64,000 nucleotides of DNA from Azolla caroliniana (taxonomy: Eukaryota > Plantae > Polypodiophyta): NCBI GenBank assembly GCA_043228905.1, contig JBHGNT010000009.1, forward strand, positions 3,348,001 through 3,412,000. The letters run 5' to 3'. Positions within the stretch are counted from its first letter, which is position 1, and the number at the start of each line of letters is the position of its first letter. Positions 39,151 through 51,555 of this stretch are shown piece by piece. The notes below the pieces were generated by a model, which saw nothing but the letters and a program-made list of their open reading frames with translations, was not told the DNA's origin and ran no database searches. A program made the position numbers and the translations under genes.

Positions 39151-41531
39151 TTCAAAAGCACCATTGCAGCTAGCCAAACAGCTTTTCAAGGGTTCCCTGT
39201 ATTGCCACGTTGACTAATTACCGTAAAAAAATCAAGTCTACAGCTTTTTATCTTGTTTGGTTTAAAATTTGTAATTTATTTAATCACAAGCTTATTTCTC
39301 AACTTCTTATATTGCCATTGACAACCTATGCTTTAGTAATAATAGCATTATATTCATAATCTTTTTGTAAATTGTAATGTAATCCTTGGGGCTCATTAGT
39401 TTTGTTGTCTCCAAGGAGCTTAAAGTCAGTGAATCGTCGACTTTATTTATATGTTTTAAACTTCGATAAAGTCTCTATGAAAGCCTGCCATATTTTGTAA
39501 TAGGAAATCATTAAAACATCACAAAAGGTGTTTGTATTTGATTTTGAGTATGAGCCCTGTTAAGGTGTTACGATACTAGCAAGATCGAAAGAGGACTAAC
39601 GACAACCCCCAATTGATTGCATGTATTCTGAAACTAATTGATTTTGATAATTTGGAAGTTTAACTATGATGGGTTTATTGAACATGCCATTAATGTGATG
39701 ATTGAAAATGTCATTAAGCATTGCCAAAGAGTGGATTCATGGTTTATTATTGTTCTCAACCCTTGGGTTCCGAGATGTGAATTTATAAGCCATATGTTTA
39801 GGTGAAATCTTGTATTGGTGTAAATGTCAATTGGGAACTCATAACTCTATTTTTAAAAGCATGAAATTCACCCCTTTGCAATTATTAATTTGGATATAAA
39901 AGGTTTCAAGAACTTGCAATCTACCTTCAAAGATAGTAGATTTTATGGAAGGATAATATGATAGACACCTTAAAAATATGTGAATATTATTAGATGTTAA
40001 TATATCAATATTATCAATGTGGAATACTACCGATAGACACCTAAAAAATATGTGAAATGTGTATTCCATCGATTTAAGTGTAGTTTTGTTTAATTGCATT
40101 GTAAGATTCTTATCAAATCGTTTTAAAGTTTTCTATGTAACATGTGAAGGCAATGGATTCCACGTTACTTTTTCATGCTTAAAAAATATTGTTTTCAATA
40201 TGTAGGACAATGGGTAGGAAAGAAATGCTTTATCTCAAAAATTGTGGAGCCTACATACAACACGAAATCATGATCAAGGAATCAATATTGCACACATTCA
40301 AAATATGTGGTAACCCAAGGGTTAGATTGTTGGACATATATCATATATATATATATATATATTGAGTGTATTATTATTGTCGCTAGCACTTGATTCATCT
40401 TATTGCTAATCATAGAGAATGAACTCCCCAATTGAAAATTTTATGTAGGTTTGATAAGAAACTAATAGAAAACATACATATATTTTAAGTCAATTCTCTC
40501 TCTCAAGTTGTTGTGAGGGAAGAAATGGTAACCTCATCTTTGAGAGAATGAAACAAAATAATATGTTGGTGTCATGGCAAAAGAAGCTACATCTAATGAG
40601 GTTTGACACTATGTTTTGTAACAACAGAAGAAATTCTTCTAAAGGTAAACGGAACAAAATATCTAACTCATAGTGGATCCATTAGGGGTGGATGGAGTTG
40701 GTTGAAAGGTGGCTTGAACAATAAAAACTACTACAAGTAATTCAAAGAGATGTGCATACAAAGACATGGAATGTGTTAGGTGTGGAGCCACCACTTAAAA
40801 CACATGAATGAGTATTGCATGGGTTTCGAGATCCGTAATGATATTAACATCATTTGGAGAAAGGGGGTGAGAGATCCACAAATGGGGCTAGCTGATATAG
40901 GCTTAACCGCCAACGAAATGGCGATTACTACCCAACAAGGGGTTACAAGAGAACTTGTGCATGAACTGGAAAGTCTCCTATTTGGCATTGGGTAAGTGAG
41001 GAAGATGCGGTTCTTTTTCTCCGTTCAACAAGCAAGCAGGCAAGAATCGGGATTGATGGGACGCAGGTAATAGGGGGTTTAAAGTTAAAAGGGAGGATTG
41101 ATTATGAGAGGCCCTCGAGCCACCCCCTGCTAACGTGAGCCCGCCCGAGCCCCAAGGTGGGGCTATAGGCTCCATGGAACATGGGTCCGCTCAATTCCAT
41201 GTGACTCTCACTTTCTTGTCTTATTAGAGAAGGATGGGATCTTCTTCTCTTATGTCCACAAAGAGAGATTGGGGGGAGGGGGGGGGGGGGGGGGGTTATC
41301 GGATGGAGAGACGATCTGAGCCGTCCAACGGCCGAGCACGAGATTTCATCGCGACCGTTGAGGGGGGAGACAATCGGGGCCGTCGATTTGGCGCGAGGTC
41401 GCATCTGAGTCGTCCGTTTCCCCAAAAACAACATATGCGGCGCATATGCGTACAGTAGCAGGTCGACTATTCTCTTCTCTCTCTTCTCTCTCTCTCTCTC
41501 TCTCTTCCTCTGCTTCGCCTCCTCTCTGCGT

Positions 41532-41600
41532 CACGTGTGTGTGGCACGTGTGTGTGTCGTGGCGTCCAATGACAAAACACAGACACAGAGAGAGACAGAG

Positions 41601-41640
<40 letters not shown>

Positions 41641-41734
41641 TGATGATGATTCATGATTCATGATTCATGGTTTCGTATCCTCTGGGCGTAGCAGTAGCAG
41701 CCTGAGCCTTTCTCCCATCCCCCAGAAACCCTAA
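41532..41734 (+). promoter_or_regulatory. NPC proximal promoter/5' region: two G-boxes, CCAAT, GA repeat, telo-box
   Basis: CACGTG at 41532 and 41545, CCAAT at ~41566, (GA)n at ~41605-41637, AAACCCTAA at 41726. Confidence 0.5.
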
Positions 41735-41742
41735 CCAAAAAC

Positions 41743-43962
41743 ATGGCCAAGATGAAGCCACCAAGTCACTCCATATCCCCCCATTTCCAACCCCTGCAAG
41801 CTCTCCTCACTCTGCTCCTGCTCTTCCCCTGCTCCAGCTGCCACAGCTTCACCCCCCATGGCCAAAGAAGGCCAATCAAAGGACCCATTAAGACCGTTGT
41901 GGTGTTAGTCATGGAGAATCGCTCCTTTGACCACATGCTCGGATGGCTAAAACGCCTCAATCCCGATATAGACGGTGTCACCGGCCATGAATGGAATAGG
42001 ATCAATACCTCTGATCCTGATTCAGAAAAGATATTCTTCAGAGATGATGCTGAATTCGTGGACCCTGACCCTGGCCACTCTTTCCAAGCAATTCGAGAAC
42101 AGATTTTTGGTGTGAATGATTCCTCGGCTGCCCCTGCCCCTATGAATGGGTTTGCTCAACAAGCAGAAAGTATGATGCCTGGATTCTCCAAGACAGTTAT
42201 GTCTGGATTTAGACCCGAGATTGTGTCTTCTTTTACGTCGCTCGCTATGGATTTTGCCGTTTGTGATCGATGGTTCGCATCAGTTCCTTCCTCAACCCAA
42301 CCCAACAGATTCTATGTCCACTCTGCCACCTCTCACGGTGAAATGAGCAATGTTCGGAAGGACCTTGTCCATGGATTCCCTCAGAAAACCATCTTCGATT
42401 CTGTCGAAGAATCGGGCCTCTCGTACGGAATCTATTACCAGAATATTCCGGCCACCCTTTTCTTCCGGAACCTTAGAAGACTTAAATCCATACGGAATTT
42501 CCATAAATTCGAGCTCGCATTCGAGCGAGACGCGAAGCAAGGTAAGTTGCCTAATTATGTTGTGATTGAACAAAGGTATTTCGATATCAGCACGGCTCCG
42601 GCGAACGATGACCATCCGTCCCATGATGTGTATCAAGGTCAAGCTTTTGTGAAGAAACTGTATGAGACATTGAGAGCCAGCCCTCAATGGAATGAGATGT
42701 TGTTTATTATCACTTATGATGAACATGGTGGATTTTATGACCATGTTCCCACCCCTGTTAGGAATGTGCCTAATCCTGATGGAATGGATGGATCCATCGG
42801 AGAATACACCTTCAAGTTCGATAGGCTCGGTGTGAGAGTGCCTACTATACTGGTCTCTCCCTGGATCAACAAAGGAACAGGTGCTCATTACCTCATGTTC
42901 AGCTTTTTCTATCCTTTTAATATCCATTTACACACATATGTATGTATATGGATCTACATGGATGTTGCAATAAGATGTTTGTATGTCATGGGGGCACTAG
43001 TGTGCAAGTTTCACCATGATGATACTCAATACTTTAAAACATTTTTTCATATCACCTAATTTGGAACTTTCATACAGTGTAGTATTTGGGAATTTTGACA
43101 CAAGGGAACGAATTTATAAGGTTCAAAGAGCTAGAGAAGAATATAAACATGCAAAATGAGTTCAAAAAGTCGAAAAATCTTAGAAACCCACTGTAAAATG
43201 ATATACTTGTTTGCAATTGTTTTGAAAGGTTTTGAGATAATGTTTGCCGTTGAGGTGAAAAACTTGCGAGTATTATAATAATACATCTCCCATCTCTTAA
43301 CATTTAGTTCTAATATGGTGATGGCTAATTTTTGCTCCAGTTTTGCATGGCGCGAATGGTCCCACACCTTATTCACAATTTGAGCATTCCTCAATATCCG
43401 CCACCGTGAAGAAATTGTTTGATCTAGATGCCGACTTTCTCACAAATCGAGATGCATGGGCGAGCACATTCGAGAGCATCCTTTTTGAGAGAGATTCTCC
43501 GAGGTTAGATTGTCCAGGTATGGCAATTGTCTCTTCCGCTAATTACCGGAGATCACAAAATGGCCCATGTTGGGATTAATTGCTTACAAGAGTTCTATAT
43601 GTGGATCTCATTTTCGCACTTTCATTTTTTCAGAAACTCTTCCATTCCCAATGTGGTCGCTCCGAACTTCACCCTTGGATGATAGTAGACAATTGTCTGA
43701 ATTTCAAGAAGAACTAGTATTGCTCGCTTCTCAGCTGATAGGGGATAGCACATTCTTTGAGAATACATCCATGACGGTATTAGAAGCCAATTCATTTGTA
43801 GAGAACGCGGTAGAGCTCTTCATGGAAGCCGGACAGATGCAACTAGAGTTCGGGTTGGATGAGTTCTCATTGGTAGATGTCAAGGCTGCCTCGGTGAAAA
43901 GAAAGAAACAAGGGTGCACAAGTAGGCCATGTCTCCATCAAAAGAGGTTTGGTGTCATATGA
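41743..43962 (+). CDS. NPC1: Non-specific phospholipase C (phosphoesterase family), NPC1-like
   Basis: Exons 41743-42880, 43341-43517 and 43634-43962. Hydrophobic signal peptide, then [61 protein letters not shown] and FEHSSI motifs. Confidence 0.95.
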
Positions 43963-44382
43963 TCATCGTATCACATTTGAGTGCCGCAATCTCCAGGAGA
44001 TGTGAGGAACTGAAGAGATGGGGTGGATTTCTTATTTTGTATATGCAAGGTGTGTGCATCGATTCTTGGGTAACAAATTGTGCTGTTGTACCATTTTCTA
44101 GGAATGATTTTGCGAATATTTTGTTTGTTGGGAGGAGTGTACAGGTAAAATGGGGTTTCTCCAAATAATCTTGTTAATTCTGATCTTTTTATGTTTGTAA
44201 TCTTATGTGGATGCTCAAGTGTCTTTACACTGTAAGAAATTGTTCAAATTAAGTGTCTGAAATCTCTACCTCAACCTTTTTAGTAGGTAGTGTGCTCCGA
44301 TTATTTTGAGTATTGGACTTGTATGAACATTATTATTATTATTAAGCCAGGCAAGTGTTTGTGATTATTGACTATGCTTGGC

Positions 44383-44900
44383 CACCACTTCAACTTCATA
44401 ACAACTTACATATGGCTGATGTTATTATGGAAGCACGCCAAATGTTTAGGTTAGACATCACATATTTTGTCAATGGGGATCATAAGCGAACGTCTTGTCA
44501 ACGAGAGAAAGAAGAATCAATTTAAATAGAAATACATGATTTAAATAGAAATACATGTTCTCTTTGTGTCATGGCCACCTTTTTTTAGTGTTCTCTTATA
44601 TATGACTTCAGTAGCAATTTTACTATGATGTAAAATACATACACATTTAATTAGTAGGAGACAAAGTGTCTATTATTATTGAATATGGATCCACAACCAC
44701 TTCAACTTCATAACAACAGCTTACATATGAATGATGATATGGAAGAACCAAATGTTTAGGTTGAACGTCACAAGTGTTGTCAATGGGGATCTTAAGGCCA
44801 CATGGTTTCAGTTGCGAGGGAAAGAATAAATTTGAGTAGATATGTACCTTCTCATTGCGACATGATGTCCTTTAGTTTATATTACATAAAGCTTTAGTAC
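44383..44900. repeat. Diverged ~310-bp direct duplication downstream of NPC
   Basis: ACCACTTCAACTTCATAACAAC...CCAAATGTTTAGGTT...TGTCAATGGGGATC recurs at ~44384 and ~44696. Confidence 0.7.
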
Positions 44901-47525
44901 CAATTTTATTAAGATATGAAAAAATGCAAACATAAAGGGCTTGCTTTGAAAGATGCAATTCTTACCTTGAAAGTTCAGCTTAAAGAGTTTTGTCTGTTAT
45001 GCGCAGAAGTTGTAAAGCAAGCAATTTGTTTGTATGCTCTAGTATCACTTCAGAATAATGTATGAAGGATGGATGGAATTCATGTGTGCCTCAATTGGGA
45101 ATACAATTGCATTTATACATGTTATAGGTGGATCGTAACTTGTGAACAAATGCACGTATGCACCCACTTTTTGCTTTGCAAAGTGTATGTGATACTAGCA
45201 ACAAATAATTGCATCGCATGGCATTGGGGAAAGTGAAGCATCTCCCATTCTAATCAATGTAGTGGTGAGTTCATTTATGCTCAACCATTCTTATACCCTT
45301 GTAAGCATGACGAAAATTATGGGTCGTTGCAAATGTTCTTTTTTGAAAATGGGTAGACCGTTCTTTTTGTTAAAAAAAATGTATATAATGAAAGGCCCGC
45401 GTGCCCTTTTCAGTCATGAAAGAGACAAAAGGAAACTTGCTCAACGAACAAAGTGGGGTGTATCTACTAAACTATATTGAGGAAAACGTCTTTGAGCATA
45501 AAGTAAAAGTTGTGAAATCTACCAGTATTATACATTATCTCGATGTAAAAGGAATTGGCTCGTAAGGATTAGAACTTATTAAATGGTGAATATTCATTCT
45601 CTTGCATATATATTTTTTGTTCATAACATTTAGAGGATTAGACATCTAACCATGATCATGCCTAAAAATAGTGAATTTTCTCTACCAAAATAGTTGCCAT
45701 TACTTATGCATTGGTGATAAAGATAGTCATTCTATATAACACTTATTTTCACCTTAAAACAATTTTAGCCAGAAACCTTGTCATAATTATACTCCAAGAG
45801 AATTGATATCGTTGTCAATTATCATTCTTTATAACACTTCAAGTGTGTTCACCTTAATTTAATTTTAGTCAGAATCCTTGTCATAATTACACTCTACTAG
45901 AATCAATATAGTTGTTAACGATGTTTTGTGTTTTGTGTGTCCATGTTTAATGAGTTGGTCAAACAAATAATCACGTCAAATTCATTCTTAAAAGTTCGGT
46001 TCTTGATGCATATAAAGCAATTTGTAATCTGGCTTGTTGGTTTTTTACATCTTTAATCAAAGTGGTTGTCTAAATTTTAAATTCTAGTGTTAACTCATAC
46101 AAAGAAAGCATCAATGCCCTTGAATTAGCCAAGACCTCCACACTAGCTTTTACATATTTGAGAGGTAAATTCACTCCTTAGTGGAGATTTTATTGAACAT
46201 TTGTTATTGATAAAGTGTTGCTTACTACTACTTTGCACACTAAACAAAGAAATATGAACAATATATAATATGCTAAAACACAATCTGCAAGTGTTTCCGA
46301 CATGTATAATTATATACTATCATATAACCCCCTCTTCTTGTTTAGCTTTGAGCATTATTCCACTTTTCAAGAGTTTTTGATGCAAAGTCAAGATAGTATG
46401 CACCATCATCACTAAATCAAAGAATTTTTTGAGGATTTATTTAGTCTACCTAGATAATGGGAGCGATGTTCATTATTAGATCAAGTGGCAAACCAAATCA
46501 TTGATTGCAAAGATGATCAAAGGAAACAATAGATATGATGCAATAATCATCCTAACCTCCATCGTAATTTTGATGCACGAGTGGTAAGTTGTCTAATGAA
46601 TACGAAGCCTAATTATTATCATGCATCTTAGTAGTAGTGTTGCATAAAAGAGAATGAATACAGATACAAGACAAGGTATACTAAATTCACAATATCATAA
46701 TTATTAGAGACATGAACTGATGTAAGCATAAAATAAGGATAAAAGATAGATCTAGATAGAAAGGAGTGAGAGAAAGAAGGGTGTCGATCCACCCGACCAC
46801 CCCCGAGTGAAGGGATCGAGACGGACTCGAGCCTTGATTGGCGTCCCATACCACCGCCGTACCTGGTGCTGGCGCGCTCGCTACAAGAGTTGACCCACCA
46901 CAAGACAAAGTCCCAACGTAGTCAACCAGATCATGAAATGAGGGTAGCTAGGCCTCTTATTTATTGCGATACCCAAGGCCCCCAGACAAGTTCACACTTG
47001 GCCTAATGGGTTGTCTCAATCCCGAGGATTAAAAGTAATCCTCCCCTTCTTTACACTCTCGCTTAACCCTCACACTTATCCATGTGTATAGAATACTACG
47101 GTAAATTCTTACCACGGGATATTATATGGTCATGCCCGTAACAATAATTTAGTATTTAGACGTTATTGCCTAGCACGATTCACTGTAAAGCGTGTGCTTT
47201 GTATGATTTAATTTGTGGCCACGAGTCTTGAAGACCACATTTGACATTATTTCATGATAAGTTTCCTTTGATACCTTTAGTTTGCTTCTAAGAAACGAAC
47301 GACTTTATTTACAACGTTGACATTCTCATATTTTCCAAAACACAAAGAGTGAGCACAATAGCACATGCCCTCCGAAAGCCAATGCTATAACATATCATAT
47401 ATGATGCAAAATTGACGGTTACGAGACTCCTCCTTCCTACCTTCGAGCATCACCCTCAAATGGCTCGATCTAGCACACCGGGGGAAATAATATTCACAAG
47501 AATGAAACTAGGAGTTTGAGGGGTG

Positions 47526-48273
47526 TGCTTAGAATAGCTCTAGAGCATCTAGTATGATTCGATGCATTGGGAAAGTGCATTACCAGGGCTCGAAGGCTTT
47601 GGAATGTCGTGACTCGTGAATCCTCACCTCTTGAAAGGGGAGGCGTGACTTTGGGAACACACACACACACACGGGTGGTGTGTGAGCTAGTTATTGGTGA
47701 GCTTGTGCCATGAGGTGTCGGTTTTAAGTGCCCAAGTGATGCTTTCAGGGCTGGGGTCTTATGCCTCTTAGTGTGAGAAACCAATTGGTTGTTAGTTGTT
47801 CCATGGGTGCTATTCCTCGAGCACACGTTTGATTGATATGCAGGATGTGAAAGATTATGTGCGGAAGCAATATAGGAAACCGAACAACAGAAAACGTAGG
47901 TTTAATGGAAAGCTTAGGTTTGCACAGTATGCACGGGAGAGACAAAGAGAGAGAGAAAACCAATTCAAAAAACCAACACTCTGTACATACATCATGCTCA
48001 GTGAGCACCTTTTATACACGCCCTGACAATGGGCTGACACAAGTACTGACAGTACTTGACTGCTCATAAATGAGCCTCCACTCTTACTCCCAAAACTATT
48101 CCTTACGAGGAATATCTCTCTAACGGCCTTTCGGTTTACGCACCGATACAACCTTCCTACGCACCGGTCTGCGTACCAGTTTACGCATCCGTTTTACACA
48201 CCGGTCCGGCCTAACCGATCCGGTCCTCGGCTTGCTCAGCCGATCCGGCCGATTTTGAGCTTGTCTCTCAACA
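47526..48273. mobile_element. LTR-like element, same family as 1500-1791
   Basis: Ends GATCCGG..TTGAGCTTGTCTCTCAACA. A purine-rich TTGAGGGG precedes TG at 47526. No TSD found; orientation and left end uncertain. Confidence 0.5.
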
Positions 48274-48548
48274 GAGGAGACCACACGAGATCCGTTCCGG
48301 AAACCTAAATTTGGCTACACCATAGTCAGATGGTTTTCTCTTGGATAGCCAAATTGAACTATGCCTAACCCTAATCTTCCTGTAAAACAAAGAATAATCC
48401 AATAACCCTAATCCTTAATCTCTTTAAATATGTAAAGAATGATCCAAAAACCCTAAAAAAAATTCTTAACCCTCCCCTGTTTTTTTAACTATATCCTCTG
48501 GCCCTGTTTTCCTCTGCGTACTTCTTCTTCTTCTTCTTTTCCTTGGCT

Positions 48549-48941
48549 ATGGCGCTCGCCAGAGCTTTCCATGTCGTCTCTTCTTCCACCCGACGCGCCC
48601 TGACCTTCCCTTCGCTGCCACCTCGAACATCTTCCTCATTTCTATCTTCTTCTTCGTCTTCAGGTTTCTCCTCATCCTCATCAGATTACTCTGGCGAGGT
48701 GGATGAAATCAACGCTAAGTTTGCAGAGGCTCGTGAAGAGATCGATGTGGCTATGGATTCGAAAGAAACTGTCTATTTCAACGAAGAAGCTCAGTCTGCA
48801 CGTGAGGCTGTAATGCTTGTTCTCGATAAGTACAATGGTTTGCTTGATCGCCTTCCTGATGCGGAAAAAGGAACACTGCAGAGATCAATGGGACTGAAGA
48901 TGGAACAACTTAAAGCTGAGCTTGACCAGCTTAATTCATAA
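48549..48941 (+). CDS. Small conserved coiled-coil 'embryogenesis-like' protein with probable mitochondrial transit peptide
   Basis: Single-exon ORF with an Arg/Ser-rich N-terminus and the conserved core EVDEINAKFAEAREEIDVAMDSKETVYFNEEA...LQRSMGLKMEQLKAEL. Telo-box-like motifs upstream; probable 3'UTR intron donor at ~48957. Confidence 0.85.
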   Translation: MALARAFHVVSSSTRRALTFPSLPPRTSSSFLSSSSSSGFSSSSSDYSGEVDEINAKFAEAREEIDVAMDSKETVYFNEEAQSAREAVMLVLDKYNGLLDRLPDAEKGTLQRSMGLKMEQLKAELDQLNS

Positions 48942-50603
48942 TGTGAAATGTGCAAGGTATGGATCTTTCTTTCTTATTTCTGTGTCCGTGATGGCCTTGA
49001 TCTTACATATTATAAACCAATTTAGAACATTTGGAAGGTAGGCCCTCAAATTTGAAGCCTGACTTAAATTTGAAGATGATGACAGTGTCACAAGTATTGA
49101 CATGGATATGAGTTGAGTATGTCTTCTTTGTTGTCATGTATTAAGGCACTCAGAGAAAATAAGAAAGCAAATTATACTGCTAAAAACATTCTTGATCAAA
49201 TGTATGTTCAAAAGGGATCAACGATATTTCTTTCTTAGCAAGTTCCCATTTTCTTTGCACTTATTTAATTCCGTTTGTCTTGCACATTTGAAGCTATTTT
49301 ATTTACACTTGCAGTACACATACTTATGAGTTGATCCAATTTTTTTATGCATAAGCAGGTTTTTTAAGACAAGATGCTCTTTTTCCCTTGTTTCAAGAAA
49401 ATACCTGAGGGTGAATAACACCCAAATATTTCACCAGAAAGAATGCGTTATTCTTGCATTTATAGACATGAGATGATTCTTGTAGGTCAACATAATTCAA
49501 TATACATTAAACTTACTTGGGTGGAAAATTTCATGAGCAACAAGATGAGATTGTATGCTCGTAATTGGACCGTGACAGGAGTTTTAATTTCAACAACAGA
49601 ATAACAAAGCCTTTATGTTTCAGCACAAAGATTGTATATAGTGTTTCTGTCTTGTGGTAAATGTATTATTGACGGGTTGCAATGGGTCAACCACAATCTG
49701 CTGTTGCAAATGAACATCTTATTTTCCCATCAAAGAAGTGATATCTTTTCTCAAACTTTTTCTACAGTTATTAGGTGGTAATAGGTACATATCTCTACAG
49801 TTATATAGATTTATGCATCTGTATGCATATACATACGGACATATAACCATGTTATATACATACATTTAGGCCCAACATATGTATGGTTTTATTTGCTATC
49901 ATCTATGATGCAATTATTGCAGCTTGGTAATTATAGTATTTTTATTCTACTTGTAATTTATGTGTTCTTTCTATGACTGAGCTAACCCATCAAACAACTG
50001 ATTTGAGTGGAAAAACAAAACTGTTACTCTCATGAAACAGCAGAAGAAGATGAATCAGTCTCACCAGTACAGGGCTTGGTAATAAAATTGATCCACAATC
50101 TGGAAAAGAAAGCCAGTCAGAAATATATGAGCCATTCGAGGATCATGCATGCAATGAGTTAGCAGAGTGTAAGGCCTGATAATGTGGTAAGTCCTTTGTT
50201 TGAAACCATAACTGCCAAACAAAATCTAAATACTGATAAAACTAGTGACAGACTGATGGGTGAAAATATTGCTGGTCCATCCAGCCTGGAGTGATGCCTA
50301 CCATTTTTTTATCACTCTGTTTGTGATGAAAAAGGGTTTCAAATCCAGTAAGTGACTGACTGAATTATGATACTATGAAGTAAACATCATCCATATCGTT
50401 TTGAGGGAAGCTGCTAAGCCATGGCCCTCAAGATACTGAAAGAAAAAGAGTTATTCCGTGAGATACCAGAAATAAATAATGTTACTTTTATAATTTTGGG
50501 GAGATGCCTGGAACTATCTTGCAAATATTGCATGGTGAGCAATAAGTTAGAGCTTGAAGGTCACTCACTGTCTATGGTTAAGTCTACAGGATCACCTCGT
50601 AAC

Positions 50604-51155
50604 TAGGGATCGGCAACGGTTCGGTTTAGGCTTAGCCGGTTTGGCCTGATCCAAGCCAAACCGGCTAAGCCTAAACCGTTTACAGGATCTCAAACCTGAG
50701 CCGAGCCGAGCCGAGCCGGTTCACAAACCGGTTTAGGCTAAACCGGTTTATGCTAAACCGGTTTGTGAACCGGCTTGGTAAACGGCTTGTAAACCGGTTT
50801 CCAAACCGGCTTGGAAACCGGTTTCCAAACCTCCGTCTCTCTCTCTCTCTCTCAAATGATCCCTCCCACTCTCTCACTTCTGTGGTCTCGACTCTCTCTC
50901 CCTCTCCCTCTCTCTCCCCTCTATGTAAATCCTCTCTCTCTCCCCTCTATGTAGTTCCTCTCTCTCTCTCTCTCTCTCTCACGTCTATGGTCTCGACTCT
51001 CCCTCCCTATCTCTCTCTCTCCCCTCTATGTAGTTCATCTCTCTCTCTCTCTCCCCTCTATGTAGTTCATCTCTCTCTCTCTCTCCCCTCTATGTAGTCT
51101 CTCTCTCTCTCCCCTCTATGTAGTTCCTCTCTCTCTCTCTCTCTCCCCTCTGTGT

Positions 51156-51191
<36 letters not shown>

Positions 51192-51555
51192 CTCTGTGTA
51201 GTCTCTTTGTCTCTCCCCTCTATGTAGTTCCTCTCTCTCTCTCTCTCCTTATATGTTGTCTCCCTCCCTCTCTCTCTCTCTCTCCTCGTCTATGTAGTTC
51301 TCCCTCCCTTACTCTCTCTCTCTCTTTCCCCTTGTCTGTTGTCTCTCTCCCCCTCTCTAAAGTTTATAAACGGCTTAAACGGTTTATCCGGCTAGCCGGC
51401 TTGAGCCGGTTTGGCGAGGCTCAAGCCAAGCCGAGCCGAGCTCAAACCGTTAAGGCAAGTTCAAGCCTAAACCGAGCCGAGCCGAGCCGCTAAGCCGTTT
51501 TCAAGCCGGCTAAGCCAAACGGTTTAGGCTTGAGCCGAGCCGTTGCCGATCCCTA
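50604..51555. mobile_element. Non-autonomous hAT-type DNA transposon
   Basis: Perfect 16-bp TIR TAGGGATCGGCAACGG. Perfect 8-bp TSD CTCGTAAC at 50596-50603 and 51556-51563. Dense subterminal AAACCG/GAGCC repeats and a CT-rich minisatellite core. Confidence 0.93.

Noticed and set aside
31319-41295. Long poly-G runs at ~31319-31337 and ~41271-41295 as G-quadruplex elements
   Set aside because: Simple homopolymers with unreliable lengths and no evidence of function.
41346-41661. Overlapping short ORFs with ERERER/LSLSLS translations
   Set aside because: Artefacts of (GA/CT)n microsatellites in the NPC promoter; the same applies at 56468-56802 and 50680-51097.
42292-42927. 211-aa minus-strand ORF
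   Set aside because: Antisense shadow of NPC1 exon 1 with no recognisable motifs.
46638-47143. Possible solo LTR (TGTTG...GTAACA)
   Set aside because: The composition is LTR-like, but the flanks do not form a TSD and the boundaries are unsupported.
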